From Dehalococcoidia bacterium (GTDB lineage: Bacteria > Chloroflexota > Dehalococcoidia > SZUA-161 > SpSt-899): 42,837 nucleotides of DNA. The DNA lies in the NCBI GenBank assembly GCA_023271515.1, contig JALPXQ010000002.1:1-42837 (forward strand), in the 5' to 3' direction. Both the position numbers and the translations under genes were made by a program. Shown here piece after piece: positions 1 through 8,842 of the stretch; the first letter of the stretch is position 1, and the number at the start of each line of letters is the position of its first letter. Below the pieces are notes generated by a model. That model was given only the letters and a program-made list of their open reading frames with translations. It ran no database searches and was not told the origin of the DNA.

Positions 1-10
1 CTCTATAATA

Positions 11-38
11 TATAACGAATGAAACGCCGAAAAGTTAG
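11..38 (-). promoter_or_regulatory. Putative ECF-sigma-type promoter facing out of the window
   Basis: Minus strand reads ctAAC-N16-CGTTA (AAC at 36-34, CGTT at 17-14), matching the AAC-N16/17-CGT ECF consensus. It lies next to an ECF sigma remnant. Confidence 0.4.
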
Positions 39-135
39 GTATGTATAAGACGCCGGAACGACCGATTCTGCTCACACACTTGCGATTGCTTTCTGCACTG
101 GCGTATAATCTCAGCAGAAGGGTTTTTTTGGGCTG

Positions 136-309
136 TTGAACGAGAACTTCCTCCATGAAGAAATAACCTTGATTCGCCGGGCCAGGGCAGGCGACAGGGA
201 GGCTTTCGGGCAACTGATGGAGATCCATGCACCGCGAGCCTATCGCCTTCGCCATCCTCTAGAACCGGAGTGATGCCGAGGACACGGTGCAGGAAGCCTT
301 CATCACTAG
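136..309 (+). pseudogene. ECF sigma-70 factor remnant (region 2 only)
   Basis: TTG136 frame reads LIRRARAGDREAFGQLMEIHAPRAYRL. After a frameshift near 247 it reads FAIL*NRSDAEDTVQEAFI (DAED..QEAF ECF motif), with an in-frame TAG at 260-262. Region 4 is absent. Confidence 0.8.
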
Positions 310-1479
310 TCCTTTGAGGAGCATCTCCAGGATTGCAAAGATTGCCGCCATGAACTGGAGAGCCTCAGAGAGTTGGACATTCGTCTGAAGCAAGAGGTTC
401 CCGGATACTGGGAAAGCGTGAAGCCGGCGCCGGCTTTCCTTGCCCGCCTTAGAGGATTGGAGTTGGAAAGTCCGCCAGGGCGAATTCCCTCCATCGCAGA
501 AGCGTTCTCGGCGCTATGGCTGCGGCATCGCCCGGCGCTGGCGGTAGGACTCTCTGTTTGTCTGGTAGTGGCCCTGGCAGTTACTGTTTTCTGGATTGTC
601 CCTCCAGGGGTGGAACCTATCATTGCCCCAGCGGAGGTCCCACCAGAGCTACAGGTGCAGGAGAAGCGAGACGTCCCGCCGGAGGTGGGAATACCTGCCC
701 CGGAACCTCCTCCTGTTGCCCGTGAGGCAGTGGCTGTGGATGTTGAAGTTGCCGCCCTCCTAGACGTCCGTGAGCAGCAAATCGCTCGGGCGGTGCGGTT
801 CCTCAGAGCCCATTTCGATCCTGAAGTCGGCCTTATCCATCGGAGCGAAGGAGCCACGATTGTGAATCACTTGCAATATCGGCACGACCAGATATTCTGG
901 CTCTACCCTGATAACCTGGTTGCCTCCTATGCCCTCGACCCCTTCGATGCGGGCATGGCTCAGAAGATAAGGGAAACGCTGCGCGGCTACGATCAGCCGC
1001 CAAGCCGGCTATTTGAGGTTCTCTTTGGTGAGCTGATACCGGAGGAGATCGCCAAAGCCCGGCAGGTGGTGATAGACAGGGAGCCTGAATTCCTGATTAT
1101 GGCTGAGTTTCACGATTCTCGTTACCCGTTATCCTGGAAAGACTACGGCGATATGCTCATCTACCAATCCCTGAATCAACACCTGCGGGGCAACAGGGAG
1201 AAGGCGAGGAAATACTTCGATCAGGCATATTCGATGTGGGATGGAAAGGGAATACTCGATGCAGAAGCCAGGGAAAAGAACCGCTATGCCAGCCACAATC
1301 CGGCGCTCATTCTCTACGCCAGCAGGGTTCTGGATATGCCCATCAGTCAGCAGATCGAGGCCACGCTTTGGGGTATGCAGAACCCCGGCGGCGGAATTGC
1401 GGCCTACTTTGATTTCGAAGGGGATGTGCTGGGGCCAAGCTGTATCAAGGCCACCGCCATGGCGCTCTTAATCTATTAA
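310..1479 (+). pseudogene. 5'-truncated zinc-binding (zf-HC2) anti-sigma factor with TM helix and large extracytoplasmic domain
   Basis: The frame of ORF 373..1479 extends upstream to 310 as FEEHLQDCKDCRHEL (HxxxCxxC ZAS motif). It is preceded by TAG at 307-309 with no native start. TM segment LAVGLSVCLVVALAVTVFWIV is followed by a Pro-rich linker. It could still be translated from TTG373. Confidence 0.65.
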
Positions 1480-1628
1480 CGAGGACCTCATCGCTCGGAT
1501 GCGGTGACTTTGCCCCAACCGTGGTCTGGGGTCAGGCGTTGCAGGCGCGAGCAGCTAGGTTCTACCCGCCGCCACCCAAAGTCTAGACCTCACCCCCACC
1601 TGTGCTATAATAGGCGGTAGAGGATACT

Positions 1629-2180
1629 ATGGCGCAACGTATTAGATTGCCGCTTCATGCCGAGGTGATAGAGAAATTGAGGGCCGGCGACCAGGTCCGG
1701 ATCAACGGGATTATCTATTCCGCTCGCGATGCGGCGCATAAGCGGCTTGTCGAGGCACTCGATAGAGGCGAGAAGCTCCCGTTTGAGATCGAGGGGCAGA
1801 CCATCTACTACATGGGACCTTCTCCAGCCAGGCCCGGTAGGGTCATCGGTTCGGCAGGACCAACCACCAGCGGTCGCATGGACGTCTATGCGCCTCGCTT
1901 GATGGAGGTTGGACTCAAGGGGATGATCGGGAAGGGATCTCGCTCCCAGGAGGTCAAAGATGCCATGCGCAGATACAAGGCCGTTTACTTTGCCGCCATT
2001 GGTGGTGCCGGAGCACTCATCGCTAAGTCCATCAAGAAGGCTGAAGTTGTAGCCTATGATGACCTCGGCGCCGAAGCCCTACGGCGTCTGGAGGTAGAGG
2101 ATTTCCCCGCCACGGTAATCAATGACATCTATGGAGGTGACCTCTATGAGGAAGGGAAGGCAAGATGGGGACGGTGTTGA
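1629..2180 (+). CDS. Fe-S hydro-lyase beta subunit (class I fumarate hydratase/tartrate dehydratase beta type)
   Basis: Motifs ARDAAHKR, YYMGP, GPTTSGRMD, MIGKG, GGAGAL. Extended -10 TGCTATAAT lies upstream. Confidence 0.9.
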   Translation: MAQRIRLPLHAEVIEKLRAGDQVRINGIIYSARDAAHKRLVEALDRGEKLPFEIEGQTIYYMGPSPARPGRVIGSAGPTTSGRMDVYAPRLMEVGLKGMIGKGSRSQEVKDAMRRYKAVYFAAIGGAGALIAKSIKKAEVVAYDDLGAEALRRLEVEDFPATVINDIYGGDLYEEGKARWGRC

Positions 2181-2701
2181 GTAATTAGCCGCAGGAGCCC
2201 GACGAGGGTTTTGGCGTCGCGAATCTCTCCTGAAGCGATCATCTCCGGGATGCCGGCCAGTGGAACGCGGACAATATTCATGATCTCATCGGCATCGGGT
2301 GCCTCCGGAGCGGGTTCCAGTTCCGTGGCGAGATAGAGATAAAGATACTCGGTGGAGTATCCGGGGCTGGCATAGAAACCGCCAAGGGCCTCTACCTTTC
2401 CGGCCAGGTAGCCGGTTTCCTCCCTCAATTCACGCTGGGCACAGACAAGCGGGCTTTCACCGGGCTCGACCTTGCCTGCTGGAATCTCAAGCAAATCCTG
2501 GCCTGCGGCGCTGCGGTGCTGGCGAACCAGGATGACATTTTCCGCGGCATCAACCACCACAATAGCGACACAGTTGCTATGCTCCACGATCTCCCGGGTG
2601 GTTTTCCTGCCTGAGGGCAGCTCTATGCCGTCAATGCGCAGGTTGATCCTCCGTCCCTGATAGACATGCTTGCTATCCAGTAATTTCTCTCTTCTTACCA
2701 T
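2144..2701 (-). CDS. nudF: NUDIX hydrolase, ADP-ribose pyrophosphatase-like
   Basis: Nudix box GKVEPGESPLVCAQRELREETG, plus LEIPAG, SPG and DAKT. Confidence 0.85.
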   Translation of the reverse strand: MVRREKLLDSKHVYQGRRINLRIDGIELPSGRKTTREIVEHSNCVAIVVVDAAENVILVRQHRSAAGQDLLEIPAGKVEPGESPLVCAQRELREETGYLAGKVEALGGFYASPGYSTEYLYLYLATELEPAPEAPDADEIMNIVRVPLAGIPEMIASGEIRDAKTLVGLLRLITQHRPHLAFPSS

Positions 2702-3171
2702 TGTAGCTTTGCCGAGGGCTTCAAATGGAGAACCATGGCGGTCTCATCGCAATCGGGATACTTGGGACATCGCTGGCATTCCCCCCATATCTTCCGGGGA
2801 AGCTCCATGAGGCTAACCTGACTAAAACCAAATTGTTCGAAGAAGGCTGGCTGGTAGGTAAGACAGAAGATGGTAGGCACACCCAGGCCTCTCGCTTCCT
2901 CGATGCACTCTTTGACCAGCTCGGTGCCGAGACCCGCATCCTGTTGCTCCTCGGCTACGGCGAGGGACTTGATCTCTACCAGGTCATGCCAGCAGATATG
3001 CAGGGCCACACAGGCCACTAGCTCATCTCCCTCCCGAACGACGAAGAAATCTCGCAGGTTCTCATAGATTTCACTTAAGGGGCGAGCAAGTATCTGGCCC
3101 TGCGATGCAAAGTAGTTGACCAGCTTGTGTATCTGGGGCACGTCGGCGATCTTTGCTTTTTCAACTCTCAT
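2695..3171 (-). CDS. GNAT N-acetyltransferase, short ArgA-like N-acetylglutamate synthase
   Basis: LxR...IYENLRDF, EIKSLAV, Q..GLG, CLTY..FF...GF and LPRKIWGECQRC. Start taken at MRVEK. Confidence 0.8.
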   Translation of the reverse strand: MRVEKAKIADVPQIHKLVNYFASQGQILARPLSEIYENLRDFFVVREGDELVACVALHICWHDLVEIKSLAVAEEQQDAGLGTELVKECIEEARGLGVPTIFCLTYQPAFFEQFGFSQVSLMELPRKIWGECQRCPKYPDCDETAMVLHLKPSAKLQW

Positions 3172-4000
3172 CCGTTGATCCCCCTTTGGCACTTAACCTC
3201 TGCAATAATGTCTCATGGAAGAAGGAGCGAGGCTGGATTCGCAGGAGCCGGGTGGTATAAGGGCTGCGTCTGATTCTGACCGTGTCCCCGCTATGCAAAG
3301 GGAACTCAAGTTGCCCGTCGATGCTGACCCTGGCCTCGTGAGCGGTTTGAACCTCAAGCTCTACTACCGATTGGGGGGATAGCACCAGAGAGGTAGCCAA
3401 ACTTAAATGCGGTGCGATCGGTGTCAACAGAATCTCCTGGGCATTGGGGAAAAGGATCGGCCCACCGGATGACAGGGAATATCCGGTGCTTCCGGTTGCC
3501 GTGGCCACAATCACCCCATCGCCCTTGTAGGTAGTTACCGGTTGGCCGTCGACGGATGCCTTCACCCGGATAACACGCACAATCGAGCCCCGTCCCACCA
3601 CCACATCGTTCAGTGCGTGAATGACTCTCGAATGCGAGGGGAGTTCCGCCTGGAGCATTGCCCGCTCGTCGGTCCAGCTTTCTCCAGCCAGGAAGCTGGA
3701 AATCCTGGTGAGTGCCTCCCCTCCACTGATTTCGGTCGCAAATCCCAGATTGCCCAGGTTTATGCCCAGGATGGGGATCGCCTCAGGAGCGGCAAGGCGC
3801 GCCACCCGTAGCATCGTGCCGTCACCGCCAAGGCTGAGGATCATCTCGGTTCCCGCCAGTTCCTTCGTGGCCCTGACCTCGTCGGCGGCCGGGTAGAGCC
3901 AGGCTGAAACGCCCAGTTGCTGCAATTTCTCCGCCAGACTTTGAGCAAGGCCTGGGGCGGCAGCGATGTTGGCGTTAAACAATATACCGACTCGTCTCAT
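3161..4000 (-). CDS. nadK: NAD(+) kinase
   Basis: GGDGT, GINLGNLGF, ALND, GDG..VATATGSTGYSLS.GGP and IDG motifs. Confidence 0.95.
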   Translation of the reverse strand: MRRVGILFNANIAAAPGLAQSLAEKLQQLGVSAWLYPAADEVRATKELAGTEMILSLGGDGTMLRVARLAAPEAIPILGINLGNLGFATEISGGEALTRISSFLAGESWTDERAMLQAELPSHSRVIHALNDVVVGRGSIVRVIRVKASVDGQPVTTYKGDGVIVATATGSTGYSLSSGGPILFPNAQEILLTPIAPHLSLATSLVLSPQSVVELEVQTAHEARVSIDGQLEFPLHSGDTVRIRRSPYTTRLLRIQPRSFFHETLLQRLSAKGGSTDES

Positions 4001-4009
4001 AGTTGCACC

Positions 4010-4079
4010 GTAACTGCTCAGGTTGCCAGGCCTGCCCCCGGCCGCAGGCCCAGGGGTTCAAGGTTCAAGGTTCACGGTT
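4010..4079. repeat. Solo MITE-like end plus heptamer tandem (GGTTCAA)n
   Basis: GTAACTGCTCAG at 4010 resembles the termini of the elements at 8498 and 11233. GGTTCAA-GGTTCAA-GGTTCAC-GGTT at 4055-4079. Confidence 0.45.
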
Positions 4080-4113
4080 GTCCACCTTGCCCTCTTCATC
4101 TTTCTCTAACCCT

Positions 4114-4635
4114 TCAGGGTATTCCCTCACTCGCTAAAGTCTCCTCGTCATGAAACGGATCCCCTGGCTTCAGCAGTTGCTCCAGCTCCTCTCTCATCCT
4201 CTGCCAGTGCGTTCCTCGCCAGTAAATGCGATTGCACCCCGGACACTGCACGTATTGCTCCTGCGTTTGGAGAACATACGGTGGCACAAGATCACGAACC
4301 TCTTCTTTTTCCCTGGGGATCAAGGGCTCGTTGCATTCCAGGCAGAGCGAAAACGGATCTGAGCCCGATTCCAGGTACAACGTCTCCACCACCTGCCGCA
4401 GTTGTTCTCTCACGTTCTCGGATTCGATCAACACCACCTTGATCTTTCCGGTAGAAGCCACCCCTCTTCGTAGTATGCCGGTATCTTTGGTTAAGAGAAC
4501 CCTCCCCTCTTTTAGAGCGATTCGAACAAGCTCGTTATCGTCCAGGCCGTTGATGAACAGGGCATCATATCCCAACATCCGAAGCCTTTTGGCCAGCTTG
4601 CCTACATTGAGATCGACGATGAACTTAGGCTTCAT
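4114..4635 (-). CDS. Mut7-C RNase domain protein (PIN fold + Zn ribbon)
   Basis: FIVDxNVGKLAKRLRMLGYD, RVLLTKD, CLECN and CPGCNRIYWRGTHW. Start taken at MKPKF. Confidence 0.9.
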   Translation of the reverse strand: MKPKFIVDLNVGKLAKRLRMLGYDALFINGLDDNELVRIALKEGRVLLTKDTGILRRGVASTGKIKVVLIESENVREQLRQVVETLYLESGSDPFSLCLECNEPLIPREKEEVRDLVPPYVLQTQEQYVQCPGCNRIYWRGTHWQRMREELEQLLKPGDPFHDEETLASEGIP

Positions 4636-4697
4636 GCTTTCTATATATGATAGCATAAATCCACAGGCGCTTTCATTTCTGCTATAATTCAACTACG

Positions 4698-5111
4698 ATG
4701 CCAAACTTCGAGTTCACCGATCATACCGCTGACATAGGTATTATCGCCTATGGGAATAGCGTCGAAGAGGTGTTCGTCAATGCCGCCTGTGGGATGTTCA
4801 GCCTCATCGCTGATTTCGAAAAGGTAGCCGAGGTGATCGGTCACCAGGTGGTCGCCGAAGCCCCGGATCAGGAGGAGTTGCTGGTCACCTGGCTGAACGA
4901 GCTTCTCTATCTCTTCGATGCCGAGAATCTTATCTTCAGTAGATTTGAGATCGTTGACCTGAGGCAGCAATATGTGAGGGCGATGGCTTATGGGGAAAAG
5001 GTCGATCCCTTGCGTCACAATCTCAAGACGCAGGTCAAGGCCGCTACTTATCACCAACTGAAGCTCGAAAAAGGGGACGAGTTTAGTGCCCGAATAATCC
5101 TTGATATCTGA
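4698..5111 (+). CDS. Archease
   Basis: DHTADIG N-terminus, VKAATYH, LDI C-terminus. Directly upstream of rtcB. Confidence 0.95.
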   Translation: MPNFEFTDHTADIGIIAYGNSVEEVFVNAACGMFSLIADFEKVAEVIGHQVVAEAPDQEELLVTWLNELLYLFDAENLIFSRFEIVDLRQQYVRAMAYGEKVDPLRHNLKTQVKAATYHQLKLEKGDEFSARIILDI

Positions 5112-5125
5112 ATGGAGGTGTATAG

Positions 5126-6583
5126 ATGTCATCATGGAGAGAGCGGCTCAAGAAGATCGATGATTATCGCTGGGAGATTGAAACGAGCTACAAGCCTGGA
5201 ATGCGTGTGCCGGGGCTTCTGTATGCCGATGAGCACATGCTGGAGCAAATCGGTGAGGAGCAGTCGCCGGAGCAGGTAGCTAACGTGGCGTTTCTCCCCG
5301 GAATCGTGGGCAAGTCCCTGGCCATGCCCGATATTCACTGGGGATACGGATTCCCTATCGGGGGGGTTGCCGCAACCAGAGTCGACGATGGGGTGATCTC
5401 TCCGGGTGGGGTGGGGTTCGACATCAACTGCGGTGTGCGGCTTTTGACCACCAACCTGATGGAGAAAGACGTCCGGCCCAGGATTGAAGAGATTATTGGG
5501 CAACTGTTTGCGAGCATTCCCTCGGGCATGGGATCTGGGGGCCGCATAAGGGTCAAGGGAAAAGAGATGGACAAGGTGCTACGCGATGGCGCCCGATGGG
5601 CAGTGGAGAAGGGGTATGGTGATCAGGAAGATCTGGAATTTACCGAGGAGAATGGGTGCCTCAGGGGGGCAGATCCTGATCAGGTAAGCGAGAAGGCCAG
5701 GAAACGGGGCATCCCTCAATTGGGCACCCTTGGGTCCGGCAATCACTTCCTTGAGATTCAGATGGTGGAGGAGATCTACGACGAAGTGGCCGCCGGTGTC
5801 TTTGGCGTACATCGAGCGGGTCAAGTCGTTATCTTGATTCATACCGGCTCGCGCGGATTCGGACATCAGGTATGCGACGATTATCTCAAGACGATGGGCC
5901 CGGCGGTGAGGAAGTATGGCATCGAGCTGCCCGACCGGCAGCTTGCCTGCGCCCCGGTGAAATCACCCGAAGGGCAGGCATATCTTGCGGCAATGGCCTG
6001 TGCGGCTAACTACGCCTGGGCTAATCGCCAGTGCATCACTCACTGGACGAGGGAGGCGCTGTCCGGTATCTTCGGCAGGAGCCCTCGCGAATTGGGGCTG
6101 CGACAGGTCTACGATGTGGCGCACAACATCGCCAAGATTGAGGAGCACGCTGTAGACGGCAAGGGGCTCCTGGTTTGCGTGCATCGCAAAGGGGCTACCA
6201 GGGCTTTCCCTGCGGGGCATCCCGATGTGCCTGCGGCCTACAAGGATGTCGGCCAACCGGTGCTCATTCCCGGGGATATGGGGCGCTACTCCTATGTGGC
6301 GGTAGGGACTCAGAGGGCAATGGAGGAGACCTTCGGTTCGACCTGTCACGGGGCAGGCAGGGTGCAGAGTCGCTCGAAGGCAAAGAAAGACCTTTCCGCC
6401 TTGGACGTCGCCGATGAGCTAAGGGCGAAAGGGATTACTTACCAGGTGGCAAGCAGGTCGGCCCTGGTCGAGGAAGCGTCCCAGGCCTATAAGGATGTAA
6501 GCGAGGTGGTTCAGGTGGCCGATGGTGCGGGGATATCGCGCAAGGTGTTCAAGGCCAGACCCATCGGGGTGATAAAGGGGTAG
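5126..6583 (+). CDS. rtcB: RtcB RNA 3'-phosphate/5'-OH ligase (archaeal/eukaryote-like long form)
   Basis: PDIHWGYGFPIG, GFDINCG, LGSGNHF, HTGSRG, DVAHN, HRKGAT and STCHGAGR are all intact. Confidence 0.97.
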   Translation: MSSWRERLKKIDDYRWEIETSYKPGMRVPGLLYADEHMLEQIGEEQSPEQVANVAFLPGIVGKSLAMPDIHWGYGFPIGGVAATRVDDGVISPGGVGFDINCGVRLLTTNLMEKDVRPRIEEIIGQLFASIPSGMGSGGRIRVKGKEMDKVLRDGARWAVEKGYGDQEDLEFTEENGCLRGADPDQVSEKARKRGIPQLGTLGSGNHFLEIQMVEEIYDEVAAGVFGVHRAGQVVILIHTGSRGFGHQVCDDYLKTMGPAVRKYGIELPDRQLACAPVKSPEGQAYLAAMACAANYAWANRQCITHWTREALSGIFGRSPRELGLRQVYDVAHNIAKIEEHAVDGKGLLVCVHRKGATRAFPAGHPDVPAAYKDVGQPVLIPGDMGRYSYVAVGTQRAMEETFGSTCHGAGRVQSRSKAKKDLSALDVADELRAKGITYQVASRSALVEEASQAYKDVSEVVQVADGAGISRKVFKARPIGVIKG

Positions 6584-6684
6584 TCAAATTCTGCATTTCG
6601 CACTGAGCCATCGCGCCCGGCAGTTAAACCACGAATTTCCTGGATTTCCCTGTCAAGAAACTCAAGGCCTTACCCCGATTGTTT

Positions 6685-7518
6685 CTATACGAGGTTGTCC
6701 CAGCGGAACTTTCTAAGCGTGATCAACGATGCCACGATCGTAATAACGAGCAGGTAAAGGAGAGAGTAGCCGACCGTGACGTTTTCAAATACTGTCACAT
6801 TGAAGAGGGTAACACCAGTGAAAGAAAAGTTGGGTTGATTGAAGCCAGGATGCACCCAAATGTGGGACAACGCATCGAACGCATGACTGAGCGGGAGAAG
6901 GTCTGATATGAACTTGAGCCAATCAGGGAAGTAAATGCGTGGCCCCATCGCTCCACTGAGAAGAAACATCGGGAGGAATATGACAAAACTCAGAATCTGT
7001 GCTGTCTGGCTGCCTGGTGTTAACACGGACAGCATCATACCAAGTGAAAAGAAAGCCAGATAGCAAATTAAGAATGCAAGCAGTACCTGCCAGAGAATGC
7101 CGCCGAATAGTATGCCGAAGGCAATTCGACCGACAATGATCATCGCAACAAGCGAGAGCGCAGTAACAACCATACCGACCGCAAGTTGAGAAAACAAAAT
7201 GGCGGCAAGTGGAACAGGCCGAGTTCGCAGGGTTCTGAATACACCGCGCTCTCGATAGCGGGTCATCATAGGGTAAATCCCCAGGATACCAATGGCGGCA
7301 AATACCCAGGCAACGGTTGATCCTACCATAGCATCAACGATACGAAATGTACGACCGTATTCGTCTGTGAAGATTTCTTCTCCTTTCAGCCCAACGAATT
7401 CGCCAAGTAAATACAAGGAAATTACCGGGAAGGCAATGGTTAAAAGAACCAGGAGCGGCTGTCTAAAGAAGAGACGCAGTTCACTTGCTATTAAACTCAG
7501 ATATGTCTTTACTCGCAT
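6685..7518 (-). CDS. ABC-2 type exporter permease
   Basis: About 6 hydrophobic segments, RERGVFRTLRTRP, LSG..P...FPDWL..ISDLLPLSH. Adjacent to the ABC ATPase. Confidence 0.9.
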   Translation of the reverse strand: MRVKTYLSLIASELRLFFRQPLLVLLTIAFPVISLYLLGEFVGLKGEEIFTDEYGRTFRIVDAMVGSTVAWVFAAIGILGIYPMMTRYRERGVFRTLRTRPVPLAAILFSQLAVGMVVTALSLVAMIIVGRIAFGILFGGILWQVLLAFLICYLAFFSLGMMLSVLTPGSQTAQILSFVIFLPMFLLSGAMGPRIYFPDWLKFISDLLPLSHAFDALSHIWVHPGFNQPNFSFTGVTLFNVTVFENVTVGYSLLYLLVITIVASLITLRKFRWDNLV

Positions 7519-8447
7519 GTTTCTCCTCCGTTCTCAGAATACTCTGTGCCGGTGATCAATAGGTATAGGTCGTTTAGTGTTGCCCCGCGTGTTTCCATTT
7601 TGAGGGGTGCTATGTCCTTTTCTTCCAGATGCGACAAGATAACTCTGTGCAAATCAGAACCAAGGCCGAAGACCTCACTTCGGTTGCCATCTTGCCTCAC
7701 GTGCGTAACCTTCGGAAGCGCAAGTAGTGTAGCTACGTCCAGTGGTGATGCTGTCGTAATTGCAACCCTGGTATCGATTTGCTGGGCTGCCAGTAACTCG
7801 CTGGTGGTTCCTCTGGCGACCATCCTTCCCTTGTCCATGATGGCGATTGTGTCGCAATTGTCCTGGGCTTCCTCCAGATAGTGTGTCGTTACAATGATGC
7901 TTCGACTGGAATTACAATATTCCCGCATGTATTGCCAGAAGCGGTTGCGTCCATGTGGATCCAATCCGGTAGTGGGTTCATCCAGGAAAAGAAGATCTGG
8001 TTTACCCACGAGAGCCAATGCGACCTGGAAGCGCCGCTTTTGCCCGCCGGACAATCGATCGTAATAGCGTGAGCGAGCCTCACTCAAGTTGAATACGTCC
8101 AGTAGCGATTGCCACGGCAGTGAGTCATCGTAGAAGGATGCAAATAGTCGCATCGTTTCATCTACTTTGATTCGTTCTGGTAAGCCGGCACCTTCCTGCA
8201 ACTGGACGCCTATTCGGGGTAGCAACTGTTTACGATCTTTGTGTGGATCGAGACCGAGCACTTGAATGCCTCCAGAGTCCGGTCGGCGAATGCCTTCGAT
8301 GCACTCGATGGTAGTTGTTTTGCCGGCACCGTTTGGCCCGACGATACCGAAGATCTCTTTCTCATAGACCTCGAAGCTGACACCATCAACGGCGGCGAGA
8401 TCACCATACCTCTTGATAATATCTTCAACGACAATTACTGTTTCCAT
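7509..8447 (-). CDS. ABC exporter ATP-binding protein
   Basis: Walker A GPNGAGKT, signature LSGGQ, Walker B LLFLDEPT, H-loop TTHY. Confidence 0.95.
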   Translation of the reverse strand: METVIVVEDIIKRYGDLAAVDGVSFEVYEKEIFGIVGPNGAGKTTTIECIEGIRRPDSGGIQVLGLDPHKDRKQLLPRIGVQLQEGAGLPERIKVDETMRLFASFYDDSLPWQSLLDVFNLSEARSRYYDRLSGGQKRRFQVALALVGKPDLLFLDEPTTGLDPHGRNRFWQYMREYCNSSRSIIVTTHYLEEAQDNCDTIAIMDKGRMVARGTTSELLAAQQIDTRVAITTASPLDVATLLALPKVTHVRQDGNRSEVFGLGSDLHRVILSHLEEKDIAPLKMETRGATLNDLYLLITGTEYSENGGETCE

Positions 8448-8497
8448 TCTGTAACACTTCTCCTTTGAATTGGTTCAGTCCTTCTCGGATAAATCAG

Positions 8498-8659
8498 GTA
8501 ACCGTTCACGGTTGTCGGTTCACAGTTCACAGTTTTTTCAATGAACTATGCAACGATTGAAGCATTTTGGATATTGATTTCAATAGAGGATCCCATGACT
8601 CTCCTTTGCCCTCTGTTTTTTCAACCGTGAACCGATAACTGTAAACCGTGAACGGTTAC
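8498..8659. mobile_element. 162-bp MITE-like element with IS66-type ends
   Basis: Perfect TIR GTAACCGTTCACGGTT...AACCGTGAACGGTTAC. Flanks TAAATCAG / CAAATCAG match 7/8, consistent with an 8-bp TSD. Subterminal heptamer repeats; no ORF. Confidence 0.75.
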
Positions 8660-8842
8660 CAAATCAGCTACGGTAAGATCATACAAACCTCCTCAGTATT
8701 AGTTAATTCCTTGCCTCCGCTGTCGCTAGGGCTCCTCGTTCACTCTACCCCCAGTTCCGGGGCTCCGTTGACGCCATTGATTCCGATGAAGGCTAAGTAG
8801 AACCAATACGTTATCGTTTTATGCACCGATTAAACGGGTAAA

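Noticed and set aside
260-262. Pyrrolysine/readthrough TAG in the ECF sigma
   Set aside because: It is accompanied by a frameshift and loss of region 4, so this is ordinary pseudogenisation.
306-857. 183-aa minus-strand ORF, and similar long antisense ORFs (13837-14376, 20176-21039, 29873-30520, 38369-39064)
   Set aside because: These are shadows of well-supported genes on the opposite strand in GC-rich DNA, with no recognisable motifs.
1520-1600. REP-like inverted repeat TGGGGTCAGG...CCTCACCCC
   Set aside because: The pairing is short and imperfect, with only one weak similar motif near 31942, which is insufficient support.
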